A stretch of DNA of 64,000 nucleotides, taken from contig DATENC010000004.1 of assembly GCA_035275265.1 (NCBI GenBank), positions 75,843 through 139,842 of the forward strand, written 5' to 3'. The translations under genes were made by a program, and so were the position numbers. Below the pieces are notes generated by a model. That model did not search any database, was not told the DNA's origin, and was given only the letters and a program-made list of their open reading frames with translations. The DNA comes from Burkholderiales bacterium (GTDB lineage Bacteria > Pseudomonadota > Gammaproteobacteria > Burkholderiales > JACQAP01). Shown here in pieces: positions 53,915 to 62,921 of this stretch. The stretch's first letter is position 1. Each line of letters begins with the position of its first letter.

Positions 53915-54280
53915 TCAATCCAAGCTGGAGAAGTGTGCGGCGAGGCGTTCGATCTCCCGATCGGATAACGTCATCGCAAAAGGCATCATCAGCCCAGCAT
54001 TCATCCCGCGGCGGCCGTTGCCACGGTAGAGCTTGAGCGCGTAGACTAGGTACCCCCGGTTCTGGCCGCCGATCCGTCCCCAATCCGGTACCAGGCGCGA
54101 GCTTCCATCCTCGCCGTGGCACGAAGCGCACACGGCGAGCAGCGTCTCGAACGGCAAGCCGCTTTCTGCCTGAACGGGGGGCGCACACAGCGCAAGAGTC
54201 AGCGCTACCGCGAGCGCCAGCACGATGCGGTTACCAGGACATAGAGCCGAAGTGGCGCGCAATGTCTTTGAGATCGTCAT
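53915..54280 (-). CDS. c-type cytochrome (class I)
   Basis: Signal peptide, CASCHG heme motif, and a distal Met region. The start is uncertain: 54280 overlaps the upstream gene by 50 nt, and GTG 54223 is an alternative. Confidence 0.65.
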   Translation of the reverse strand: MTISKTLRATSALCPGNRIVLALAVALTLALCAPPVQAESGLPFETLLAVCASCHGEDGSSRLVPDWGRIGGQNRGYLVYALKLYRGNGRRGMNAGLMMPFAMTLSDREIERLAAHFSSLD

Positions 54281-54620
54281 CCGAAAAACCCTTGACTGCA
54301 TCGATCATCATTGCCGGGGCCCAACCCATGCGTCGCTGTCCGTCGCGATACTCGCGCAGGGACCGGTAAAGGTAGTCGAAGTTCTGTCCCCCTATGCGTG
54401 GGAACAGCGACGTTCCGGTCGAGCGACCATGGCTTTCATGACAGGAAACGCACGCCGCGGATTTGGCCAATCCCTTCACCGGATCGCCCGCGTAACCGGG
54501 AGTTTCGCCGGCATGGGAAAAATCAGTCGTACCTTCAATCAACAGAGCACAGAACAGGAGTGCGGCTGCGCTTCGGAGCGGCTGCAGTGTTTGGCGATCG
54601 AGGTCGAGGGTTGTGCGCAT
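54231..54620 (-). CDS. c-type cytochrome (class I)
   Basis: Signal peptide, CVSCHE heme motif. Paralogous layout to the downstream cytochrome (IGGQN..YL...L..YR). Confidence 0.7.
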   Translation of the reverse strand: MRTTLDLDRQTLQPLRSAAALLFCALLIEGTTDFSHAGETPGYAGDPVKGLAKSAACVSCHESHGRSTGTSLFPRIGGQNFDYLYRSLREYRDGQRRMGWAPAMMIDAVKGFSDDDLKDIARHFGSMSW

Positions 54621-54633
54621 GACATTCGAGTGA

Positions 54634-55707
54634 CTAATTACTTCCGCCTTCCACAGCGTGACCGTCGGCACGCCAGCGCAGCATGCCTCCAGCGAGGTTC
54701 GCTGCATCCCTGAGCCCGGCTTGTTGCAGGATCACGGTTGCCTGCGCCGAGCGGGCACCCGATCTGCAGACCGCAACGACCGGGCGCTCACGGTCGATTT
54801 CACCGGTCCTTTTGACCAGTTCACCAAGCGGGATCGATATCGCGCCGCGGATATGTCCCAACGGGCCGTAGTATTCCGAAGGCTCCCGCACGTCGATGAT
54901 CTGGATCTTGTCAGCGGCTTCTTCCAGTGATTGCGGATGGATTTCCCAGATGCCGGCAAAGGTGTAGGTTAATGTTGCCCAGGCCGGCGCCGTCAGCGAC
55001 ACGTCCCCGTCCGCCTGCTGTCCGCACTTGAGGTTGGCCGGCACAGCGGCATCGATTTGCTTCGGATGCGGCAAGCCCAGGTTTTCCATATAGCCCGCGA
55101 AGTCGGCTTCGCCGATCTCACCTCCCAGGCGCGGATTGAAGCGCCGCTCCTCCGCCACACTCGTCACCGTGAGACCGCGATAGTCATGCGCGGGGTAGAG
55201 CAAACAATTTTGCGGCAACGTCAGAATCTGGGTGTGCACCGAACGGTACAGCGCGCGCGGGTCACCTTGCTGGAAGTCCGTGCGTCCGCTCCCGCGGATC
55301 AGCAAACAGTCACCGGTAAATGCCATGCTTTCATCGTCAAGCACGTAGGTCAGGCATCCGTTGGTGTGACCCGGTGTGGCGCGGACCTGGAGATGGCGTC
55401 CGCCGAATTCAATTTCGTCGCCATGCTCAAGATAGCAATCTGCACCCTCGGCGCTGCTGCTTCGTGCCAACCCAATCCGGCTCCCGCATCGCCGCTTCAG
55501 GATCCATGCGCCCGTAACATGGTCGGCGTGGATATGGGTTTCCAGCGTGTACAGCAGGCGCAGTTCGAGTTCGCTTATCAGCGCCGTGTCCCGGCGCGCC
55601 TGCTCGAAGACCGTATCTATGAGCACCGCCTCGCGACTGCGGCTATCACCGAGAAGGTAGGTATAAGTGGAGGACTGGAGGTCGAATAACTGCCTGAATA
55701 CCAGCAT
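54634..55707 (-). CDS. persulfide dioxygenase (ETHE1-like MBL fold) fused to a rhodanese domain
   Basis: N-terminal FRQLFD..SSTYTYLL, THIHADH metal motif, and a C-terminal rhodanese with the CRSGARS active-site loop. Confidence 0.85.
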   Translation of the reverse strand: MLVFRQLFDLQSSTYTYLLGDSRSREAVLIDTVFEQARRDTALISELELRLLYTLETHIHADHVTGAWILKRRCGSRIGLARSSSAEGADCYLEHGDEIEFGGRHLQVRATPGHTNGCLTYVLDDESMAFTGDCLLIRGSGRTDFQQGDPRALYRSVHTQILTLPQNCLLYPAHDYRGLTVTSVAEERRFNPRLGGEIGEADFAGYMENLGLPHPKQIDAAVPANLKCGQQADGDVSLTAPAWATLTYTFAGIWEIHPQSLEEAADKIQIIDVREPSEYYGPLGHIRGAISIPLGELVKRTGEIDRERPVVAVCRSGARSAQATVILQQAGLRDAANLAGGMLRWRADGHAVEGGSN

Positions 55708-55890
55708 TGATGATCACGAAATATGCTGTCTATAAGTCCGTTACCTGCGGATTCCTCATTCCGAATATAGTTTACCCGCTGAGCCGCAAACGCGGTGGTC
55801 CTTGCCGGCGATATGCGGACATCCTTATGCGAACGTTCCGCACGCTCTGCGGCACTGGCGTAAGATTTTCCTTTCCTTGGAGAAGCCAGT

Positions 55891-56865
55891 ATGAAGGTGT
55901 TCATCACCGGAGGCGGGGGGTTCCTCGGGTACCGCCTCGCGCAGCGCCTGCTGGAGCGAAAGACGTTGGCCGGCGCTGACGGCAAGCCTGCATCCATTTC
56001 GCAGATCAAGCTGTTCGACGCGGCATTCCCGCCGGATGTTGATTCCAGGCTAGAGTGCGTGAAAGGCGACATCGCGGAGCCTGCCGCCATTGCGGCCACG
56101 ATGGATGCCGATACCGGTTCGGTTTTCCATCTTGCGGCGGTAGTCAGTGCGGGCGCCGAAGCCGATTTCGATCTCGGCTACCGCGTCAATCTCGACGGCA
56201 CGCGCAATCTGCTCGAAGCATGCCGGAAACTCAAATCCCCGCCGCGGCTGGTGTACGCCAGTTCGCTGGCCGTGTTCGGCGGAAAATTGCCGGCGGTCGT
56301 TGACGATTCGATCACGACCAACCCTCAGACCTCCTACGGTACGCAGAAAGTGATCGGTGAATACCTGGTCAATGATTACTCGCGCAAGGGCTTTCTCGAC
56401 GGCCGCAGCCTGCGTTTGCCGACCATCGTCGTGCGACCTGGCAAGCCCAATCTCGCCTCGACTTCGTTTGCGAGCGGCATGTTCAGGGAACCGCTGAACG
56501 GCGTGGTGTGCGAAGTCCCCGTGGAGGATTCGACAGAACTCTGGATTCTGTCGCCCCGGCAGGTCATCGAGTCGTTTGTGCATGCCCACGACCTGCCGGC
56601 GTCCGCATGGGGTACGAATCGTTCGATCAACGTCCCGGGCATCACGATGTCGGTAAAGCAGGGCGTGGAAGCATTGCGCCGCATCGCCGGGGACAAAGTT
56701 GCCGCGCGTGTGGTGTTCAAACCCGTCGAGCGGATTCAGAAAATGATCGTGACGTTCCCCGCGCGCTTCAAGACATCGAGGGCGATGGAATTGGGCTTCA
56801 AATCCGATCCGGATATCGATAGCGTGATCAAGGCTTACATCGCAAGCGAAGGCATCAAGCTTTGA
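55891..56865 (+). CDS. NAD-dependent epimerase/dehydratase family protein
   Basis: MKVFITGGGGFLG Rossmann motif and the catalytic motif YGTQK. Confidence 0.8.
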   Translation: MKVFITGGGGFLGYRLAQRLLERKTLAGADGKPASISQIKLFDAAFPPDVDSRLECVKGDIAEPAAIAATMDADTGSVFHLAAVVSAGAEADFDLGYRVNLDGTRNLLEACRKLKSPPRLVYASSLAVFGGKLPAVVDDSITTNPQTSYGTQKVIGEYLVNDYSRKGFLDGRSLRLPTIVVRPGKPNLASTSFASGMFREPLNGVVCEVPVEDSTELWILSPRQVIESFVHAHDLPASAWGTNRSINVPGITMSVKQGVEALRRIAGDKVAARVVFKPVERIQKMIVTFPARFKTSRAMELGFKSDPDIDSVIKAYIASEGIKL

Positions 56866-56954
56866 CAATCATGGTGCTATCTTAGAGAAATCCAGCTCCT
56901 TGAAATTTGGTTCCCTCCCCTTGCTGGTGCGGACGGGATAAAGTCGGAGGATTC

Positions 56955-58217
56955 ATGGCCAGTTCGGCGGATGCCGGGGAAAGCCCCGACTTTCGAGTCC
57001 TGTTCGAGTCTGTACCTGGCCTGTACCTTGTTCTGACGCCAGACTTCACCATCGTGGCGGCGAGCGATGCCTATCTGCGCGCGACCTTGATGACGCGGGA
57101 CGACCTCCTCGGCCGGGGGTTTTTCGACGTATTCCCCGATAGCCCTGACGATCCCGACGCCGACGGAAGAATGAATCTGCGCGCCTCACTGAAACGAGTC
57201 GTCAGCCAACAGACCCCCGATGCATTGCCGGTGCAAAAATACGATATCCGGCGATCGGAATCCCAGCGCGGCTTTGAGGAAAGATACTGGAGCCCGGTCA
57301 ATTCGCCCGTGTTCAGCAAGGACGGGACACTCGCCTACATCATCCACCGCGTGGAGGACGTCACCGAATTCGTTCGGCTTACACAGCAGAGCGGCGCGCA
57401 AGCCAGGCAGTCCGAAGCGCTGCGTTCGCGAGTTGAAAAGATGGAGGCGGAGACACTTTCGCGCACCAGCGAACTGGCCGAGGCAAACCAGGACCTGAGG
57501 AAGACGCACGAGGAACTGAAATCGGCGCTTCGGGAACTGGAAGGATTCAGTTATTCGGTTTCTCATGATCTGCGCTCGCCGCTGCGCGCCATCGAAGGTT
57601 TTGCCAGGATACTCGAGGAGGAACATGTTGCCTCCCTGGATGAGGAAGGCAGGCGTCTGCTGAGGATCATTCGCGACGGCGGCGCCAAAATGGGTCGGCT
57701 CATCGATGGACTCCTGGGCTTTTCGCGCCTGGGAAAGCAACCGTTGGCACTGGCTGCGGTAGATATGGATCTGTTGGTATCCGAGGTCGTGGCAGAGTTG
57801 CGTCTGAATGACCAACAGTCGCCGAAGCGAGTAGTCGTGCAAGTTCTGCCCGCCGCATACGGAGATCTAGCGCTGCTGCGTCTGGTCTGGATCAATCTGC
57901 TGTCGAATGCAGCCAAGTACACCGGCACGCGAAAACAGCCGCGGATCCAGGTTACCGGAATGAAAAAAGGTACCGAGATCGTCTATTCGGTCGCGGACAA
58001 CGGTGTCGGATTCGACATGCAGTACGCGGGCAAATTGTTTGGCGTATTCCAGCGATTGCATGCCGATGAGGAATTTCCGGGCATTGGCGTCGGCCTTTCC
58101 TTCGTGCAACGAATCGTGAACCGTCACGGCGGGCGGGTGTGGGCCGAAGGTGCCGTCGACAAGGGCGCCACGTTCTTTTTTGCGCTGCCCATCGAAAATT
58201 TGCCTCGGACCCGATAG
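56955..58217 (+). CDS. PAS domain sensor histidine kinase (cytoplasmic, orphan)
   Basis: PAS-like N-terminus, coiled coil, H-box SYSVSHDLRSPL, N box NAAKYT, and G boxes DNGVGF/GIGVGL. Confidence 0.85.
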   Translation: MASSADAGESPDFRVLFESVPGLYLVLTPDFTIVAASDAYLRATLMTRDDLLGRGFFDVFPDSPDDPDADGRMNLRASLKRVVSQQTPDALPVQKYDIRRSESQRGFEERYWSPVNSPVFSKDGTLAYIIHRVEDVTEFVRLTQQSGAQARQSEALRSRVEKMEAETLSRTSELAEANQDLRKTHEELKSALRELEGFSYSVSHDLRSPLRAIEGFARILEEEHVASLDEEGRRLLRIIRDGGAKMGRLIDGLLGFSRLGKQPLALAAVDMDLLVSEVVAELRLNDQQSPKRVVVQVLPAAYGDLALLRLVWINLLSNAAKYTGTRKQPRIQVTGMKKGTEIVYSVADNGVGFDMQYAGKLFGVFQRLHADEEFPGIGVGLSFVQRIVNRHGGRVWAEGAVDKGATFFFALPIENLPRTR

Positions 58218-58246
58218 GAACAACGCCGCGGACAACTCGCCGTACG

Positions 58247-59377
58247 CTACTCGATGTCGATATCGAAAGTGCGCGGTGCCTCGGAGGCGGAGGCCAGACT
58301 GAAGTAGACGCGCCCGATCTCGCGTCCGTCGGTGGTTTCGACCTGCACCTTCCAGTCCCCGGGCTGATAGTTGGATTTCACGCCGTAGCCTCGAAACCCC
58401 AGCTCACGCCCGCCCACGATGTTGATGGGAATAGAGTCGTGCAGCACCCAGCCGCGCGGGTTGTTTTTCCAGTACCAACGCATCGTCACCTGATCGGAAA
58501 ATCGCGTGGGCGAGAAGATGCGGAAGAACACGTAGACCTTGTCGCCGGGCTGGGCGAGGAAGTTCTGGTCGCCGTTGTCCCAGAAACGCCAAAAAGGCCG
58601 TTCGTGACTGAGCCGGTATTCGTCTGCTGTCCTTTCGACGGCGTGGTATACGCCGATATAAGGAATGGAGAGCGGCACCGGAGGGATCAGCCTGAGCAGA
58701 TACAGGCAGAGAAAGGCGACAAGCACCAGGCCAAACGGAACGACCATCTGTTTTCTGGCATGCAGTTCGTGGTCCGGCGAGTGAATCAGAATCCGGCGGT
58801 AGATGACCGCCACAGGCAGACATCCGAGCAGCATCGAGAGCATGAACACAATTGTTCCAATCGAGCCGACAAATACCGGAACGACGCTGGCAGAGAACGA
58901 CAGGAAGCAAAGACTGAGCAGGGCGAACTTGAACGACACCCCGAGCGCCCTGAAGCGACTGAGCTCGTTGGCTACGAGAAGGAATGCCAGAATGACCAGG
59001 ACGTAAAACGACACGAGCAGCGACGAGCTCTTGAAGAAGAAAATGGTGTACAGGCTGATCAGGGATCCCAGCAGGAAGTGCACGATGACCGTGCGAAACT
59101 CGAAATACCAGCGTTTGACGACGAACATGTTTTCGGACGCCGGCGGCGGCTTACCTTCCTCGAAGAGCATCTGCAGCAGGGCTGCCGTCACTATGAGCAG
59201 ATAGAGTGCCTGCTGCCCGATGAGAAGCCAGGAGTCGATCCGCCCCGTGGTCAGGATGTCGAAAAGAAACCCGCCCACGAAGGATGCGATGGCGACATTG
59301 CGCTCGTGCTTTTCGTAGTAGAGCTTGAGTCGGTGAAACCTTCCGGGTGAGGCGGGGATCGTTTCTGGTTGGGCCAT
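58247..59377 (-). CDS. DUF2914 domain membrane protein
   Basis: About 8 TM segments, then a C-terminal soluble beta-rich domain (WYW.N...GW...I...V). The family name is recalled from memory. Confidence 0.65.
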   Translation of the reverse strand: MAQPETIPASPGRFHRLKLYYEKHERNVAIASFVGGFLFDILTTGRIDSWLLIGQQALYLLIVTAALLQMLFEEGKPPPASENMFVVKRWYFEFRTVIVHFLLGSLISLYTIFFFKSSSLLVSFYVLVILAFLLVANELSRFRALGVSFKFALLSLCFLSFSASVVPVFVGSIGTIVFMLSMLLGCLPVAVIYRRILIHSPDHELHARKQMVVPFGLVLVAFLCLYLLRLIPPVPLSIPYIGVYHAVERTADEYRLSHERPFWRFWDNGDQNFLAQPGDKVYVFFRIFSPTRFSDQVTMRWYWKNNPRGWVLHDSIPINIVGGRELGFRGYGVKSNYQPGDWKVQVETTDGREIGRVYFSLASASEAPRTFDIDIE

Positions 59378-59609
59378 TTTCGGAATACGAGGGATTGAAA
59401 TATCGATCCGGCCGGCGCGGGCAAGCGGTGCCGCAACGGGCGTTACCGCAGATCATGTTCTCGTGAGGCAACGCAGGTCAAGGAGGACGAGGCGCAGTCT
59501 CGGGTTATGGCGTTAGAATTGGCGCGAAGCACGCAAACGCATGACGGGAAGGCCAGCGCTACCTGGTAACGTCCGGCGGACGTGAATCCAAACGCGCGCG
59601 CCGCAAACC

Positions 59610-59996
59610 ATGGAGGCCAGATTCATGCAAACCGATATCGCTGCGAACGACGTCGATACCCTGCGGAAACTCAATCAGGGTTACATCAGATCGGTCCAGA
59701 TGTCGGATGTCCGCTGGTTCGACGAAAACCTGGCGGACGATTTTCTGAACAGCAATCCAGACGGATCGCTGGTTGATCGCGCCGGTTTCCTGGCCCAGAT
59801 CGCGCGACCGGTGACGATCAGGAATCTCGGGACCGAGGACGTACGCATCCGGCTCATCGGGGAGGTCGCGATCATCCACGCACGCACGACCTACACGAAG
59901 CCGGACGGCCAAACAGCAGCGGGTCGATACACGGACATATGGGCGCGGCGGCAGGGACGGTGGCTATGCGTAGCCGCCCATGTCACGCGCGGTTGA
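59610..59996 (+). CDS. NTF2-like (DUF4440/SnoaL-like) protein
   Basis: 128 aa with the pattern L..L...Y......D...F...L.DDF and a C-terminal W.RR.G.W. Confidence 0.65.
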   Translation: MEARFMQTDIAANDVDTLRKLNQGYIRSVQMSDVRWFDENLADDFLNSNPDGSLVDRAGFLAQIARPVTIRNLGTEDVRIRLIGEVAIIHARTTYTKPDGQTAAGRYTDIWARRQGRWLCVAAHVTRG

Positions 59997-60002
59997 TCAA
60001 GA

Positions 60003-60031
60003 ACAGTGGAGAGGGGTGAGGGGCGAGGGGA
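60003..60031. repeat. short G-heptad locus R23
   Basis: ACAGTGGAGAGGGGTGAGGGGCGAGGGGA, directly after the 59996 stop. Confidence 0.7.
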
Positions 60032-60114
60032 AAATCCGATTGCGCCTTACGACAATGAACGGTAAGGGAAAACCCCGGCGCTGGGAAAGACGGGCAACAG
60101 GGGTAAAGTAACGC

Positions 60115-61206
60115 ATGGCGAGCCCATTACTCGACGTGTCCTGGGACCAATGTCTGCTCGAGCCGGCGCCCGACCGGCAGGCCGAGGCCGCGTTGCGCCG
60201 TGAAACCGGTTCCGCGCCGGGCTGGATACGCTATTTCCTGAGCTGTCCGTGGCTACCCAGGGCTGCAATTCGCCTCGCCATAGACAACAAACTGCTGGTG
60301 GACCTCGATTTCCCGACTGTGGATCTGATCGGTCTGGTAGTGAGCCAGGAGAACGCTTGTCGCTATTGCTACGCGGTCACGCGTATGACGTTGCGCGTCC
60401 TCGGCATGAGCGAGGAACGCATGCAACAACTCGAGCAACGCCTTGCCAGCGGCGATCTTGAGCCCAAGGCTGTTGCTGCAATACGCTTCGCGCGCCGTAT
60501 GACGCGCGCCAGTCCGCTGGTCACTTCTCAGGACCTCGAGTCCCTGCGCGGGACCGGCTACAGCGACGCGCAGATACGCGAAATCGCGTTCTGTGTCGCC
60601 TTCATAGCATTCTTCAACCGGATCTCCACCATTCCCGCGCTGCCGCCACATTCGTGGGAGCAACTCGCCGACCGGTGGTTCATGCGCGCGTTCCGACCGT
60701 TGTTCGCGCGCTCGGTACGCGGCTGGCGCAAGAGAGGGCAACCGGCGTCTTTCCCGCAACCGCCGACGGGACCGTTCGCCGGACTGCTGCTACAGTTCGA
60801 GAGCTCGCCCATCGGTCCCGTGCTCGAATCTGTGCTCAAGGACTTGTGGGCATCCCCTATCCTGAGCCGCCGCGCCAAGGCGCTGATGTTCGCGGTCATC
60901 GGCCGCGGCCTCGACTGCCAAAACTCCAGTGAGGAGATAGCCGGCGTTCTTGAAGCCGAGGGCCTGACGCCAGCCGACGCGGAGCAGATCCTCGCGCACC
61001 TCGGTGGCCCGGGCCTGGACGCCAGGGAGACCGCGCTGCTCGCGTTTGCGCGCGACACCATCCGCTACGAACCGATCCAGATCCAACGCCGTGCACGCGA
61101 TCTGCGCGAGCAGCTGTCAGCGCCGCAGTTCGTAGAGGCGGTCGGTGTGGCGGCTCTGGCGAATTCCATGTGCCGGCTGTGCGCAGTGCTTCCGCGCCGG
61201 CCGTGA
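60115..61206 (+). CDS. AhpD-like/carboxymuconolactone decarboxylase family protein (two-domain)
   Basis: SQENACRYCY motif (CxxC-like) and a second CMD-like half. Confidence 0.6.
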   Translation: MASPLLDVSWDQCLLEPAPDRQAEAALRRETGSAPGWIRYFLSCPWLPRAAIRLAIDNKLLVDLDFPTVDLIGLVVSQENACRYCYAVTRMTLRVLGMSEERMQQLEQRLASGDLEPKAVAAIRFARRMTRASPLVTSQDLESLRGTGYSDAQIREIAFCVAFIAFFNRISTIPALPPHSWEQLADRWFMRAFRPLFARSVRGWRKRGQPASFPQPPTGPFAGLLLQFESSPIGPVLESVLKDLWASPILSRRAKALMFAVIGRGLDCQNSSEEIAGVLEAEGLTPADAEQILAHLGGPGLDARETALLAFARDTIRYEPIQIQRRARDLREQLSAPQFVEAVGVAALANSMCRLCAVLPRRP

Positions 61207-62036
61207 GTTACGCCTTCGCGCTCGTTCTGATCGTGTTAGCCGCTGCGGCGGCGGTGTTCGCCTGGCAGCAGCATCGGCTGCGCGAACTCCGCGCGCGCGT
61301 CGAGTCGTCCGCAGTCGAGCTGCAGCGCTTGCAGCAGTCGTGCGCGCTGCTCGCGCCTGCCGGCGTGGTCGAACGCCTGTTCTCCGACGGCGCAGAAAGC
61401 ATCGCCGAGCACAAGGTGTTTACCGCCATGTTCACCGACCTGGTGGGCTACACTGCGCTCGCTGAAAGGCTCGATCCGAAAACGCTGGCGGGCGTGCTGA
61501 ACGGCTACTTCCAACTCGTAAGCGACAGCGTCGTCGATCACCGTGGTCGCGTGGGCACGTTCCTCGGCGACGGCATCCTCATCTTCTTCGGCGCGCTCGA
61601 CCCGAACCCCTGGCAGTGCGACGATGCGGTACAGGCGGCGCTCGCCATCCGTGCCGGGCTCGAGCGTTACAACCGCGAACTCGAAAACGATGGGCTGCCG
61701 CGTATCGCCATCGGTGTCGGTATCCACCGCGGGCCGGGGCTCGCCGGACTCATCGGCAGCCGCGACCGGCGCGAGTACACGGCGGTCGGCCCTACGCTGA
61801 ACCTCGCCGCGCGCGTGCAGGCGCTCACGCGTGAGCATGGCCACGATATCCTGCTTACCGAATCTGTTCGCGAGCAACTCGATCCGCGCTTCGAACTGGC
61901 GCCCATGCGCGCTGTGCCGGTCAAGGGCATCGGCGAACCGGTCGTCACCTATGCCGTGATCGCCGGAAGGGAAGAGAAGGCCAGGATGAAAGTTGCCGAG
62001 ACGAGGGAGGAGGTGCGAACTACGAGGGTCGAGTGA
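61170..62036 (+). CDS. class III adenylate/guanylate cyclase with an N-terminal TM anchor
   Basis: TM (AFALVLIVLAAAAAVFAW), a coiled linker, and the cyclase core FTAMFTDLVGYT...GDGILIFFG...GIHRG. Start is GTG 61170 or GTG 61203, the latter in a GTGA overlap with the upstream stop. Confidence 0.85.
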   Translation: MPAVRSASAPAVSYAFALVLIVLAAAAAVFAWQQHRLRELRARVESSAVELQRLQQSCALLAPAGVVERLFSDGAESIAEHKVFTAMFTDLVGYTALAERLDPKTLAGVLNGYFQLVSDSVVDHRGRVGTFLGDGILIFFGALDPNPWQCDDAVQAALAIRAGLERYNRELENDGLPRIAIGVGIHRGPGLAGLIGSRDRREYTAVGPTLNLAARVQALTREHGHDILLTESVREQLDPRFELAPMRAVPVKGIGEPVVTYAVIAGREEKARMKVAETREEVRTTRVE

Positions 62037-62073
62037 ATTTCTAGTGCATTTGGAGATTTTGTGGTTTTATACA

Positions 62074-62120
62074 ACCCTCGCCCTTCGCCCCTCGTTCCTC
62101 TCTTCTCGCCCCTTACCCCT
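62074..62120. repeat. C-strand heptad locus R24
   Basis: CCCTCGCCCTTCGCCCCTCGTTCCTCTCTTCTCGCCCCTTACCCCT, between the cyclase and DUF2652 genes. Confidence 0.8.
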
Positions 62121-62129
62121 GAATAAACC

Positions 62130-62840
62130 ATGTCCATCCGTCCCGCCCTGTTAGTCATTGCAGACATAGGGGGCTATACATCTTTCATGAAAGCCCACAA
62201 AACGAGCCTCGCGCACGCGCAGGACGTGGTGGCACGCCTGCTCGAGGCGGTGATCGACGCGGCGCCGAACCTGACGCTGCTGGAGATAGAAGGCGATGCC
62301 GCCTTCTTCTACGCCTGGCCGCCGGAAGGCCAGGATGGGGCCTCCGCACAGATGGTGGCGGACCAGATCGTCGCCATGCATCGGGCCTTCCATACGGTCA
62401 GGCAAAACATTGCGACGCTGAATACGTGCCCATGCGAGGGATGCACGGGGTCGCGGAGTCTGAAAGTGAAGTTCGTGGCGCATCTCGGGGAAGTTGCCAT
62501 CCAGCGGGTGAAGCACGTCAGCAAGCTCGCCGGGTTGGATGTAATCCTTGTCCACCGCATGCTCAAGAATACGGTGCCATTGCCGGAATACATGCTGCTG
62601 ACCGAGCCGCTGTTCAACCTCAGCGATGAAAAGATTCGCACGCACACCCAGTCGCTGCCCCAGGAATTCGAAGGCCTGGGGGCGGTGCAGACCTACTTCG
62701 TCGACATCCAGGACGTCGCGGCCGACCTTCCCCCCAAGCCCGAGGTCACCTGGCTTGCCCAGTTGCGCGAAACCTGGGGTGTCGTGTTTCGGAGTCTGCC
62801 TTACCGGATCGGCCTCAAGAAGCCTCGATTTGCAGTTTGA
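62130..62840 (+). CDS. DUF2652 domain protein
   Basis: N-terminal LLVIADIGGYTSFM...EIEGDAAFFY pattern, cyclase-homology-like. The family name is recalled from memory. Confidence 0.65.
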   Translation: MSIRPALLVIADIGGYTSFMKAHKTSLAHAQDVVARLLEAVIDAAPNLTLLEIEGDAAFFYAWPPEGQDGASAQMVADQIVAMHRAFHTVRQNIATLNTCPCEGCTGSRSLKVKFVAHLGEVAIQRVKHVSKLAGLDVILVHRMLKNTVPLPEYMLLTEPLFNLSDEKIRTHTQSLPQEFEGLGAVQTYFVDIQDVAADLPPKPEVTWLAQLRETWGVVFRSLPYRIGLKKPRFAV

Positions 62841-62921
62841 ATCACCGAATTGGACGGCGCGTGGAGCGCCGCCACATTCGGCCACCTCACCTGTCCAACG
62901 GTGTCCGGCTACAATCGCCGC

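Noticed and set aside
58139-59350. 403-aa plus-strand ORF
   Set aside because: It is antisense to the DUF2914 membrane protein gene and has no motifs. This is a shadow ORF.
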